Shown piece after piece: positions 26,742 to 36,031 of a DNA stretch of 64,000 nucleotides (the first letter of the stretch is position 1; each line of letters starts with the position of its first letter). Location: contig DULN01000010.1 in assembly GCA_012840355.1 (NCBI GenBank), positions 226,683 through 290,682 on the forward strand, written 5' to 3'. The notes under the pieces were generated by a model. It made no database searches and was not told the DNA's origin. It was given only the letters and a program-made list of their open reading frames with translations. Source of the DNA: Clostridiales bacterium (GTDB lineage Bacteria > Bacillota > Clostridia > Oscillospirales > CAG-272). The position numbers and the translations under genes are program-made.

Positions 26742-28316
26742 TTAAGCTAGTTCGCTCGCTGCGTAAAGCAGCGCTATGCGGATTTGCTCAAACTTATTTA
26801 CATCGTACTCGACATCGTTAAAAGCCCTAAACCCCATTGCGCAGATTTCGTCGGCTTTCGCTTTGTCGCGCTCGGCAATAAAGCAGAGCAGCTCGTAATC
26901 TTCCGCCGAGGCGCGCTGGGCTTCAAGCCGCATCGACATCCAAGGCTCGCCTTGGCCGGGGTAGATTATATGCGTGTCGCCCGGCGGCAGGATTGTCTCG
27001 GCGTCGGCGTTCCTATGGCGCGGGCAGTTTTGCTCAAACGGGTTTTGCCCCGGCTGGTAGCAGTTTGTCGCCCAGTGCAGGTAGCCCGTGAGGTTGTATT
27101 TGTAGTTGCCCCAGAAAAGGTACCGCGTCGAAAGCAGCGGGTAGTCCAAAAAGCGGTTGATATACCCGTGCCCGCGCGGGCCGCAGCAGACGTACATCCA
27201 AATCTCGCTGCCGTCTATCCGCATCGACTCGAACTCTTTTCTGTGCCGTTCGTACTCGCTGTTAAGCGGCACCCACACGTCGAGCGCGCCGTAGACCGGC
27301 ACAAAGCTCAATGCGTCAATTAGCCTAATCTTCGGCGCAAACCTGCGGACCAGCCCGCAAAGCGCGCGGTACTCGGTGGCGTTTGCTTCGTTCGGCTCGT
27401 CGGAGACGCCCACGACGAACCTGTCGGTCCAGCCCTTTTCCTCAAGGAATTGTTGCAGCGCCGGAAGATACGCCGAAAGGTAACGGAACGCCCCATAGCT
27501 CATTGCCGGCATGCCCGAGACGAGTATGGTCGACTCTTTCCAGCTCTTTCGCCAGCCGACGCTGCTCATGTTAAAATACTTCATGCCTGCGGCCATATAG
27601 CGGTTGACGACGGCTTCGAGCGGCGAAAAGTCGAAGGCATACTCGCCCTTGCCCTCATCATCGGGGCGGGACGTGACCTGCACGCCGCCGACATACATCA
27701 TGTTTTGCCGCGCCCGGAGTAGCAGCTTTAGGTACTCAGCCTCAAGCCTTTCGGCTTCGGGCGAGTTATTCGGCACACCGTGGTAGACGTCGAAATTCCT
27801 GTAAAACCCACCGATTATCTTGAGCCTGCCGTCTTTCGGCACCACTGCTTTGTAAACAGTCAGGCACACGGGGATTTCGACCTTCTCACAGGCGGCAGTT
27901 ATCACCACGGTGCCGCTATAGGCGCCGGGCGCAGCGTCTTCGGGTATAACGAACGCAAGGTAAAGCCCCGCAACCCCGCCTTCGGGTGCAAGCGTCTCGC
28001 CCAGCGGCTTTGCGCAGTCATAGAGCCTGTACGGCGCCTTGCGGACCGGCATGTGCTCGGTGCTGTTTTGATCGTTTAAAAACGGGTTGTCTTCCACCGT
28101 TACCGGGACAAGCTCGTATTTTTCAAGCTCGAACGCCGAAATGCCGCCCAATGCCTCAACTTTGACCGGAGGGGATTCCGGCAGGCCGGAAAGCAATACT
28201 TGCCCTGCCGCATAGCTGCCGCGCGCGGCATGGAGCGTAAGCTTATCGCCAGCCGAAGCGTAATCCCACCTGTCCGGATACGTCCATTCCGTATCTTTTA
28301 CAGTAACGTACCGCAT
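26742..28316 (-). CDS. DUF4091 domain protein (GH123-related glycoside-hydrolase-like)
   Basis: C-terminal region WMYVCCGPRGHGYINRFLDYPLLSTRYLFWGNYKYNLTGYLHWATNCY matches my memory of DUF4091. RBS GAGGGGAG. Confidence 0.55.
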   Translation of the reverse strand: MRYVTVKDTEWTYPDRWDYASAGDKLTLHAARGSYAAGQVLLSGLPESPPVKVEALGGISAFELEKYELVPVTVEDNPFLNDQNSTEHMPVRKAPYRLYDCAKPLGETLAPEGGVAGLYLAFVIPEDAAPGAYSGTVVITAACEKVEIPVCLTVYKAVVPKDGRLKIIGGFYRNFDVYHGVPNNSPEAERLEAEYLKLLLRARQNMMYVGGVQVTSRPDDEGKGEYAFDFSPLEAVVNRYMAAGMKYFNMSSVGWRKSWKESTILVSGMPAMSYGAFRYLSAYLPALQQFLEEKGWTDRFVVGVSDEPNEANATEYRALCGLVRRFAPKIRLIDALSFVPVYGALDVWVPLNSEYERHRKEFESMRIDGSEIWMYVCCGPRGHGYINRFLDYPLLSTRYLFWGNYKYNLTGYLHWATNCYQPGQNPFEQNCPRHRNADAETILPPGDTHIIYPGQGEPWMSMRLEAQRASAEDYELLCFIAERDKAKADEICAMGFRAFNDVEYDVNKFEQIRIALLYAASELA

Positions 28317-28402
28317 AGCAAATTCTCCCCTCGCACTTTTATTACCTCGCCCAGCCGGTCTGCCCGGGCGTATTTGCGCGGGATATAGCGCTTTTATGAT
28401 AT

Positions 28403-30061
28403 TTAGGCTTCCGCCCTTTTTATAAGATGCAGCTTTTCAAATATCGAGCAGAGCTTTTGTCCCCTCGGAAGCAGCAATATGTCTTCGCGCGTGACCGCAC
28501 CGGTTATAAATATAAACACGCCGTAAACTAGCGCCGCGAAGGCAATCGCGAGCAACGTCGAGATTTTGGGGTGCACCGCCATTGCGAGCAGTTTATACGA
28601 GCCAAGCGCGGTTGCGCCGCAAACTATAGCCGAAATGAGGGGTTTTACAAGTATCACTCGCAAGTCCGGAATAATCCCGACATAACGTGCTACGAAATAG
28701 AAGTTAACGAGCATTATGACAAGATAGCAGGCAAACGTGCTTGTCGGCGCGCCGTACATGCCGATTGACGGAGTGCCAATAAGCAGATAGCTCACAACTA
28801 TTTTCACCACGCTGCCGGCGATCATCGATATAATCGGCTTGCGCTCGTAGCCGTAGACCTGAAGGATCGCGTTTGTCACCGCAATCATCGCGACGAAGAA
28901 TACCGAAAGCGCGAGTATCGAAAGCAGAGGTGCCACGCGCTCGGCTGCGGCCTGATCGGTAAACACAAGCTTCAAAATCGGCTCGGCGAGCACCGAAAGG
29001 CCAATCGACGAGGGCAAGGCGATGAGCGCCGCGACTTTAATGGCGCTGTTCATTATGGTTTTGACGCGCTCGGTCTGCCCCAGCTTCATCGCGGATGCAA
29101 TAAGCGGGATAATCGAGTAGGAGATTGGATAAATCAGCGCCGGCGGCACATTCCACATAGTTACAGCCTGCGCCGAATAGTCGCCCATCATCGCGGCGGC
29201 AAGATCGGCGGTGTAGCCTATCGCCTGAAGCTGGCGCGAGATGATTATGTTGTCGATCATGCTGGTAAACGACATTATCGACGCCGACAGCGTCACCGGC
29301 ACGGCGATCATTAAAAGCTGCTTTGTTATGGCCTTCCAGCCGCGTACCGGCATAGTGTCGCTGTCCGGGCGCAGGTATTCGGCGTCGTAAACCTGCGCCT
29401 TAAACCGCAGCTTATATGTTATAAGGAATACCATGCCCACGAAGACGCCAACCGACAGCCCCATAATGGCTGCCGCCGCGTTCACTTCGTTGCCGGAGCC
29501 CATATTAACGGCAACAATCGCGAACGTTATGCCTATTGCCAGCTTGCCGACCGCTTCGATCAGCTGCGATATAGCCGTAGGCAACATTAGCTGGTAGCCT
29601 TGGAAGTATCCGCGCAGCGCGCTCGATATGCAGACGAAAAACAATGCCGGCGAGAGCGCTATAATGGCAAGGTACGCGCCTTCCTGCTCGTAGAGCTTTG
29701 CAAAAATTTTTGAGCCGAAAGCCATCGTCAGCGTGCCGGCTAAGCCGACGGCCATTAAAATCTGCAGCGTGATTTTTAGGATTTTGTTTACCTCGCGGAA
29801 GTTTCCGCGCGCACGGCTTTCGGAAATCATTATCGAGATGGCGACGGGGAGACCTTGGTTTGAAATCATGTAAAGAAGCTTATAAATGTCGTACGCAATG
29901 GTGTGGTACCCCATGCTGACGCTGCCGATTAAGCCGTGCAGCGGGATTTTCAGCGTCGCGCCGATTATCTTTTGAAGTACGTTGGAAATGGATAAAATCA
30001 GCACGCCGGAAACAAACATCCGGGTGCTCTTTTTTGTTTTTTCAATCGAAGTAGTGCTCAC
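28403..30061 (-). CDS. MOP-superfamily flippase (SpoVB/MurJ-like polysaccharide biosynthesis protein)
   Basis: 552 aa with about 14 TM segments. N-terminus FVSGVLILSISNVLQKIIGATLKIPL...GLPVAISIMISE is typical of SpoVB-type proteins. GTG start with RBS GAGGT, overlapping the mtaD 3' end by 20 nt. Confidence 0.7.
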   Translation of the reverse strand: MSTTSIEKTKKSTRMFVSGVLILSISNVLQKIIGATLKIPLHGLIGSVSMGYHTIAYDIYKLLYMISNQGLPVAISIMISESRARGNFREVNKILKITLQILMAVGLAGTLTMAFGSKIFAKLYEQEGAYLAIIALSPALFFVCISSALRGYFQGYQLMLPTAISQLIEAVGKLAIGITFAIVAVNMGSGNEVNAAAAIMGLSVGVFVGMVFLITYKLRFKAQVYDAEYLRPDSDTMPVRGWKAITKQLLMIAVPVTLSASIMSFTSMIDNIIISRQLQAIGYTADLAAAMMGDYSAQAVTMWNVPPALIYPISYSIIPLIASAMKLGQTERVKTIMNSAIKVAALIALPSSIGLSVLAEPILKLVFTDQAAAERVAPLLSILALSVFFVAMIAVTNAILQVYGYERKPIISMIAGSVVKIVVSYLLIGTPSIGMYGAPTSTFACYLVIMLVNFYFVARYVGIIPDLRVILVKPLISAIVCGATALGSYKLLAMAVHPKISTLLAIAFAALVYGVFIFITGAVTREDILLLPRGQKLCSIFEKLHLIKRAEA

Positions 30062-31325
30062 ACGTGTACCTCATTTCGGCTTTGACTTTCTCGATATCGA
30101 GCGTCAAAAACTCGCCGTTTTCGTACAGGATTTTGCCGTCGACCATCGTCAGGCAGACGTCGGAGCGGTTTGCGCTGTAGACGGTGGTGTAGGCGGGGTC
30201 ATACGAGGGGATGTTGTTTATGGTTGTGGCGTCAATCAAAATCAAATCCGCCCGGTAGCCTTCCGAGATTTTGCCACAGTCTAGCCGCCCTTGGGCGCGC
30301 GCGCCGCAAACCGTTGCCGACTCGATGACATCGGCGGCAGTCACGCTGTCGGGCGCGAGGTTTACCCCTTTGTGGATAAGCGCCGCGACGTACATCTCTT
30401 TTTGGATGTCAAGCGTGTTGTTTGAAGCCGCGCCGTCGGTGCCGAGCGCAACGTTTATACCGGCGTCGCGGTACTTGCGGTAGGGCATAACACCACTGCC
30501 GAGCTTGAGGTTTGACACCGGGTTATGCGCGACCGTGACGCCTTTCTCGCGCAGCAGGGGCAGGTCGTCGTCCTCAAGCCAGACGCAATGCGCTGCGGTG
30601 GTGGGGACATCGAGGACGCCGCAGTCGTACATAAAGCGCGCGGGAGTGCAGCCGCCGCGCCGCGCTTTGCACTCCTGGTGCTCGGTCTTGGTTTCGGAAA
30701 GGTGAATATGCATGCCGGTTCCCAGTTCTTTCGCGCACTCGGCAACTTCGCGGCAGGAGCGCTCGGTGTTGGTGTACTCGGCATGCAGGGACATGTCTAT
30801 TTTTATTCGCCCGCCGCAAGCGTTATGCCACTCTTTAAATAGCGCAATAGCCTCTGCCATCCGCGGGCTGTCTTTTATGCTCTCGCTTGGGTCAAACGAT
30901 ATGATAGGTCGGCAAAGATTAGCCTTTATCCCGGTCTCGGCGACCGCTCGCGCCGTCTCTTCGGGGAACATATACATGTCAGTAAAAGCCACCGTGCCGC
31001 CGCTTATCATCTCGGCAATTGCGAGCATGGAGGCGTCATAGACCGCCTTTGCGGTCAGTTTTTCCTCGGCGGGGAAAATCCGCTCGGTCAGCCACCTTTG
31101 CAGCGGCAAATCCTCGCCGTAGCCGCGGAAGAGCGTCATCGCCGCGTGCGTATGCGTGTTATAAAACCCCGGCAGCATCAGCTTGCCGGCGCAGTCTATC
31201 TCGCGCTCAAACTCGCCAGCTGGCCGCTCATGCGACACGCTTTTTATAAACGCGCCGTCGACCGCGACGTAGAGGTTTTCCCCAAAAAGCGTTGTGACGT
31301 TTTTAAAAAGCAACATTTTTTTCAC
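30042..31325 (-). CDS. mtaD: Amidohydrolase, 5'-methylthioadenosine/S-adenosylhomocysteine deaminase-like
   Basis: LMLPGFYNTHTHAAMTLFRGYGEDLPLQRWL, HLSET, GTDGAASNN. The likely true start is the ATG at 31316 (RBS GGTGA) rather than the GTG at 31325. Confidence 0.75.
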   Translation of the reverse strand: MKKMLLFKNVTTLFGENLYVAVDGAFIKSVSHERPAGEFEREIDCAGKLMLPGFYNTHTHAAMTLFRGYGEDLPLQRWLTERIFPAEEKLTAKAVYDASMLAIAEMISGGTVAFTDMYMFPEETARAVAETGIKANLCRPIISFDPSESIKDSPRMAEAIALFKEWHNACGGRIKIDMSLHAEYTNTERSCREVAECAKELGTGMHIHLSETKTEHQECKARRGGCTPARFMYDCGVLDVPTTAAHCVWLEDDDLPLLREKGVTVAHNPVSNLKLGSGVMPYRKYRDAGINVALGTDGAASNNTLDIQKEMYVAALIHKGVNLAPDSVTAADVIESATVCGARAQGRLDCGKISEGYRADLILIDATTINNIPSYDPAYTTVYSANRSDVCLTMVDGKILYENGEFLTLDIEKVKAEMRYTCEHYFD

Positions 31326-31393
31326 CTACATATGCGTTTTTCCATGTACCAAACCCCGCTGACGGGTGCATCCACCCGCGACGGCGCTGATAT

Positions 31394-32230
31394 TCAGATA
31401 GCGGCGACGAGCGCGTCGACGAGCTCGGTAAAGCGGTGTGAGACGACCTTGCCGGTCTCGAGCACTTCTTCTTCTGTAATCGCCGCGCCGGTGATGCCCG
31501 CCGCCATATTGGAAACGCAGGATATGCACAGCACCGGGATTTTGCACTGTGCCGCGAAAATCACTTCGGCGACAGTCGACATGCCGACCACGGTCGCGCC
31601 GAGCATGCCGAGCATGCGTATCTCAGCGGGGGTTTCGTACTGCGGGCCAGCCATATAGCCATAGACGCCCTCTTTAAGCTCAAAGCCAAGCTCGCCCGCT
31701 TTTTGCTTCGCGAGCGCAACTAATCCTTTGTCGTATACGCTCTGCATGTCAAAAAACCGCTCGCCGAACTCGGGGATGTTCTGCCCGCGGACCGGCGAGT
31801 CGGGCGAGAGCTTTATATGGTCGACAATCGCCACAAGGTCGCCGGGCTTGTAGCTTGGCGAAATGCCGCCGGCGGCGTTGGTGATAATCAGCTTTTCAAT
31901 GCCGAGCAACTTAAAGACGCCGACCGGGTAAGCGGTTTGCCACATCTCGTAGCCTTCGTAGTAGTGGAACCGCCCGTTCATCGCGAGCACGGGCACGTCG
32001 CCACGCAGCCCGCAGACAAGCTCGCCTTTCTGATATGACACCGTCGAGACAGGGAAGTGGGGGATATCCCTGTACGGGATAACGACGGGTCTCTCGAGCC
32101 GGTTCGCGTAATCGCCAAGCCCGCTGCCGAGGATTATCGCGATCCGGGGCATCTTCATCCCGGCCTCGGTTATTTTTTTGCGTATAAACTCTGCGCTTTC
32201 AACGTAGTCGGAATACACAGCCTTTTTCAT
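31394..32230 (-). CDS. punA: Purine nucleoside phosphorylase (PunA/PNP family 2)
   Basis: IAIILGSGLG, GRFHYYEGY, VGMSTVAEVI. Start set to the ATG at 32230 (MKKAVYSDY) instead of the track start at 32311. Confidence 0.85.
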   Translation of the reverse strand: MKKAVYSDYVESAEFIRKKITEAGMKMPRIAIILGSGLGDYANRLERPVVIPYRDIPHFPVSTVSYQKGELVCGLRGDVPVLAMNGRFHYYEGYEMWQTAYPVGVFKLLGIEKLIITNAAGGISPSYKPGDLVAIVDHIKLSPDSPVRGQNIPEFGERFFDMQSVYDKGLVALAKQKAGELGFELKEGVYGYMAGPQYETPAEIRMLGMLGATVVGMSTVAEVIFAAQCKIPVLCISCVSNMAAGITGAAITEEEVLETGKVVSHRFTELVDALVAAI

Positions 32231-32252
32231 CGCTATAACCTCTAACAGAAAA

Positions 32253-33182
32253 CTATGCTTTTCCTTTTTTTGGGCCGATAAACTCGCGGAACACCGAGCT
32301 GTCGGGCACATAATGCGAGTCTATTATTTCAAGCTGCAAAAGGCTTTCGATTATCGCCGCGGCTTCTGCTTTATACTCCGAGCTGTCGGGAATCTCACGA
32401 AGCAGCGGTATGGCATAATCCTTTATAACAAACAGCTCGTAGGGCAGGAATGAATCAAGCTTTATATCCGCCGCGTCGGCGTATGGCAAAATGTTCGCGT
32501 CTTCATTAGCCGACACGTTCTTCCAAAGCTTGAAGGTGTACTCCGGCGTCGAGGCGCGAAAGAAATAGTCGCGCACAAGCCGGCGCAAAAACCGCACCAT
32601 CCGGCTTGAGAAAAAGACGCCGTTTACCGTCACGTCGTCGGCGACCGAAACGTAAATAGATTTGGTGTGATAGTGCCTAAAAAGGTCGGTCACCTCGGGG
32701 TATATGGCTTGGATACCCTCAAACAGCGCGACGTCGTACATAGAGGCGTCAAACTCTTCGTAGCCGCGCCGGCTGCCGAGCGTGAAATCAAATATAGGAA
32801 GCCGCACCCGTTCGCCGCGGCTGATTTTTTCTACGCACTCGGATAAAAGCTCAAAATCTATCGCGCGCACCGTTTCAAAATCGGGCTCTTTCCTTCCTTC
32901 TGCTTTGGCTTCTTCAAGCAGCTCCGTCCTGTCGCGGAAAAAGTCGTCTATTGAAACAAGCCGGACGCGCCGGCCCGCTTTATTCAGGTCGCGGATTAAT
33001 GTGGCGGCGGTTGTGGTTTTGCCAGAGCAGGTAGGGCCGGCAAGCGTGACGAACCTTACGCCGTCCTCCTCTAGAATTGAGTTTGCTATCCGGTCAAGAT
33101 CGGATTCAAACTGCTCCTCGCACTCCAAAACAAAGCTTTGCTTTTCGGATTCGTTTAAAAAAGTCTTATTGATTGTTAACAT
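32253..33182 (-). CDS. Uridine-kinase/PRK-family P-loop nucleoside kinase-like protein
   Basis: Walker A LAGPTCSGKTTTA, SIDDFF, LFEGIQAIYPE. At 309 aa it is longer than canonical Udk. Confidence 0.65.
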   Translation of the reverse strand: MLTINKTFLNESEKQSFVLECEEQFESDLDRIANSILEEDGVRFVTLAGPTCSGKTTTAATLIRDLNKAGRRVRLVSIDDFFRDRTELLEEAKAEGRKEPDFETVRAIDFELLSECVEKISRGERVRLPIFDFTLGSRRGYEEFDASMYDVALFEGIQAIYPEVTDLFRHYHTKSIYVSVADDVTVNGVFFSSRMVRFLRRLVRDYFFRASTPEYTFKLWKNVSANEDANILPYADAADIKLDSFLPYELFVIKDYAIPLLREIPDSSEYKAEAAAIIESLLQLEIIDSHYVPDSSVFREFIGPKKGKA

Positions 33183-33192
33183 CTACTGTTTC

Positions 33193-34686
33193 CTATTTAA
33201 AATTCTCCTCGTAGAACTTGCGTATTTTATCGTAAATGGCGTACATTGCCTCTGGGTTTTTATCCATATCGAGATACTCGTATGGGTATTTCGGCACCGC
33301 AACGCGCTCTATCCGCCCGCCGTTTTTCGGGACGAGCTTCGTTATGCCGCCGGCGCCGATTGCAAACACGCTGTGCAGCTCTTCCATCATTATGATGTTG
33401 TACAGCCCCTCGTATCCGCGCAGCGCGAATCCCACGTTTTCAAGGTTGCCGACGGTATTCTTCTGCCTGTATATATAGTAGGGCACATATCCCGCGTTTT
33501 TAGCTTTAAGCTGCGAGTAATCGACGCATTTTGACGTATCGCCGCCGTTTCGGAGATATAGCTCCGTGCAGTCGCGGATAAGGTCCGCCGATTTTTTGAC
33601 GCAAAAGGTGTGGAACGTCACATTTTCCGGCCGCAGTTTGAGCACCGCGTCGACGCTGCGCGAAAAGCTTGAAAACCGCTCGGATGGTAGCCCCGCGATG
33701 AGGTCGCAGTTTATGGTCTTGACCCCGCCTTCGCGCGCGAGCGTAAAGGCGCGGTAGAAATCCTCGGCGGTGTGCTTGCGCCCGATAGCCTCGAGTATCG
33801 CGTTGTTTAGTGTCTGCGGGTTTATGCTGATGCGCGAGACACCGCAGCCGACCGCAACCGCTATTTTCTCGGCGGTTATGGTGTCCGGCCGGCCAGCCTC
33901 GAGCGTCAGCTCCCGTAGATCCGACGGGTCGACATAGCAGCCGATATGCTCGAGCAGCTCGCGCAGCTGCTCCGCCGAAAGTATGGTCGGTGTGCCGCCG
34001 CCGATATAGACGGTCACCACGCGCAGACCAAGCTCGCGTATAAGCCCGAACATTCTGTCAATGTCGCGGTGAAGCCGCTCAAGGTACGCGGGGATCAGCG
34101 ACAAAAGGCGCTTTGTGGCGTATGACACAAAAGAGCAATATGCGCAGCGCGTCGGGCAGAATGGGATTGAAATGTACACGCTGCACATGTTATCCTCAAG
34201 CGTTTTTGCTATATTGTGCTCGTTGCGCGCGATGGCGGTCAGCAGCGCCGCTTTTTTGGGATTGATAAGGTAGTTTGCCGTAAGCTCGCGCGCCGTGGCT
34301 TTGTCGTCGAGCCCACGCTCGATATATTGCCTGGCGATTTTGGCAGGCCGCACGCCGGTGAGCAGCCCCCACGCAGGGGTGTCGCCGAAAAGCTTGCTGC
34401 CCGCCTCTAGCATCGCGGCGCCGAGCGCGATATGCTCGGTGCGGCGACGGCTGAGAGGCTCGCTCGATTCGTAATGCCTGAACGCCTCGGCGTACGACTC
34501 GCCAAGCTCGGTTTTTATCTTAACGGTAGCGCGCACCCCGCTTTCCACTTCCGTCATCGTCATCTTCACGACCGGAGTCGAGGGCAAAAGCGGCTCCGAC
34601 TCGGAAAACTTCGAGGTGGGGAAGAAGAGAAGGCAGAGCGCCTGCGCGTAGTATTTATTTACATTGCCTTCGGTGATAAGTTTCAT
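33193..34686 (-). CDS. hemZ: HemZ-type radical SAM protein (oxygen-independent coproporphyrinogen dehydrogenase-like)
   Basis: Radical SAM motif CPTRCAYCSF. The length of about 500 aa and its position next to dtd are typical of HemZ-like genes in Firmicutes. Confidence 0.75.
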   Translation of the reverse strand: MKLITEGNVNKYYAQALCLLFFPTSKFSESEPLLPSTPVVKMTMTEVESGVRATVKIKTELGESYAEAFRHYESSEPLSRRRTEHIALGAAMLEAGSKLFGDTPAWGLLTGVRPAKIARQYIERGLDDKATARELTANYLINPKKAALLTAIARNEHNIAKTLEDNMCSVYISIPFCPTRCAYCSFVSYATKRLLSLIPAYLERLHRDIDRMFGLIRELGLRVVTVYIGGGTPTILSAEQLRELLEHIGCYVDPSDLRELTLEAGRPDTITAEKIAVAVGCGVSRISINPQTLNNAILEAIGRKHTAEDFYRAFTLAREGGVKTINCDLIAGLPSERFSSFSRSVDAVLKLRPENVTFHTFCVKKSADLIRDCTELYLRNGGDTSKCVDYSQLKAKNAGYVPYYIYRQKNTVGNLENVGFALRGYEGLYNIIMMEELHSVFAIGAGGITKLVPKNGGRIERVAVPKYPYEYLDMDKNPEAMYAIYDKIRKFYEENFK

Positions 34687-34715
34687 CGCTTTTATACCAA
34701 AAAATACGGTTAAAT

Positions 34716-35165
34716 CTATTTCAGTTGGCGGCTGTCGAGCACGAGCGTCACGGGGCCGTCGTTCTTAATGCTCACCAGCATGTCCGCGCCGAAAATTCCT
34801 TTTGCGACCGGCACGCCCTCGCCTGCGAGCGCGTCGCAAAACTTCTCAAAAAGAGCGTCCGCTTCAGCCGGCGGTGCCGCGCCCATAAAGTCCGGGCGGT
34901 TGCCGTGCACGTAGTTTGCTATAAGCGTGAAGTTCGGCACGACCAGTGCCGAGCCGCCTATGTCTTTTACGGATTTGTTGAGCTTGCCGTTTTCATCGGA
35001 GAAAACGCGAAGCTTTGAAATTTTCGCCGCAAGCTTTTTTGCGTCGGCTTCGGTATCGCCTGCCGCGACGCCGAGCAGCACGACGCAGCCCGCGCCGCAT
35101 TCCCCGACAACTTTGCCGCTAACGGCTACCGACGCTTCGGCGACGCGCTGAAATACCGCTACCAT
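34716..35165 (-). CDS. dtd: D-aminoacyl-tRNA deacylase
   Basis: MVAVFQRV..., PNFTL, GIFGADMLVSIKNDGPVTLVLDS. 149 aa. Confidence 0.9.
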   Translation of the reverse strand: MVAVFQRVAEASVAVSGKVVGECGAGCVVLLGVAAGDTEADAKKLAAKISKLRVFSDENGKLNKSVKDIGGSALVVPNFTLIANYVHGNRPDFMGAAPPAEADALFEKFCDALAGEGVPVAKGIFGADMLVSIKNDGPVTLVLDSRQLK

Positions 35166-36031
35166 GGCTGCTCTTTCTCCTTTCTGCTGCGCATATAAAG
35201 GTATACGCCAATCGACACGGCAGCGACGGCGGCGCCGATGCCGAGGCCGATATAAACCTGTCTGCGGAACACTTTATATGATGCCGCCAAGTCGATGTTC
35301 ACGTTGTTGTTTTTCGCATATTCCGCCGCGTACTCGTTGTCGGACACATCAAGCGTCAGACGCTCGCAAGTCATAAACGCGTCGTGGCCGATTTCTTTGA
35401 CCGACGGGGGGATGTAAAGGTGCTCAAGGCTTATGCACCCCTCAAACGCACGGTCGCCGATAACCTCAAGCGTGTCGGGAAGCTCAACCTTTGTCAGCTG
35501 TTTGCAGTTACGTAGCACGGCTTCCGGCAGCACCATAACCCCGCGCCCGAATTTAATCGAGCGCAGGGAAGGGCAAGCCGAAAACGCCGCGCGACCGATT
35601 TCGGTGACCGAGTCGGGAATGGTTATAGTATAAATGTACGGCTTGCCGAAAAACGCGCCCTCGCTTATGGCGCGGACATTCCCGCCGTCGATAATCGGGG
35701 GGATTTTCACGTTAAAACTGGTGCCGTTGTAACCGACGATGATTATGTCGCCGGTTTCATTACCATCCTCGTCGGTATAAGGCAGATAGAGAATCCCGCT
35801 TTCGGTTTCCTTGACGACGACATCGAAAAACTTGCTGATTTTCGGGATGACCACAGTTTCTGCATCTGTTTCGGCGGGACTCTTTTCGCCGCCTTCTTCG
35901 GATATGCCCCTTCCGGGCAAAACGGTGTCATAATACTGTGCCGGGTCGCCGGGCTTATTAAGCCTCGCTCCGCATGAGGCGAAGGCAAAAGCCAAGGCTA
36001 ATGCTAATATCGCGAGCACAATTTTCTTCAT
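35159..36031 (-). CDS. BspA-type leucine-rich-repeat (LRR_5) lipoprotein with a C-terminal TM anchor
   Basis: Lipoprotein signal MKKIVLAILALALAFAFASCGA. Repeats IPDSVTEIGRAAFSACPSLRSI, LPDTLEVIGDRAFEGCISLEHL, IPPSVKEIGHDAFMTCERL. C-terminal TM VYIGLGIGAAVAAVSIGVYLYM followed by RSRKEKE. Confidence 0.75.
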   Translation of the reverse strand: MKKIVLAILALALAFAFASCGARLNKPGDPAQYYDTVLPGRGISEEGGEKSPAETDAETVVIPKISKFFDVVVKETESGILYLPYTDEDGNETGDIIIVGYNGTSFNVKIPPIIDGGNVRAISEGAFFGKPYIYTITIPDSVTEIGRAAFSACPSLRSIKFGRGVMVLPEAVLRNCKQLTKVELPDTLEVIGDRAFEGCISLEHLYIPPSVKEIGHDAFMTCERLTLDVSDNEYAAEYAKNNNVNIDLAASYKVFRRQVYIGLGIGAAVAAVSIGVYLYMRSRKEKEQPW

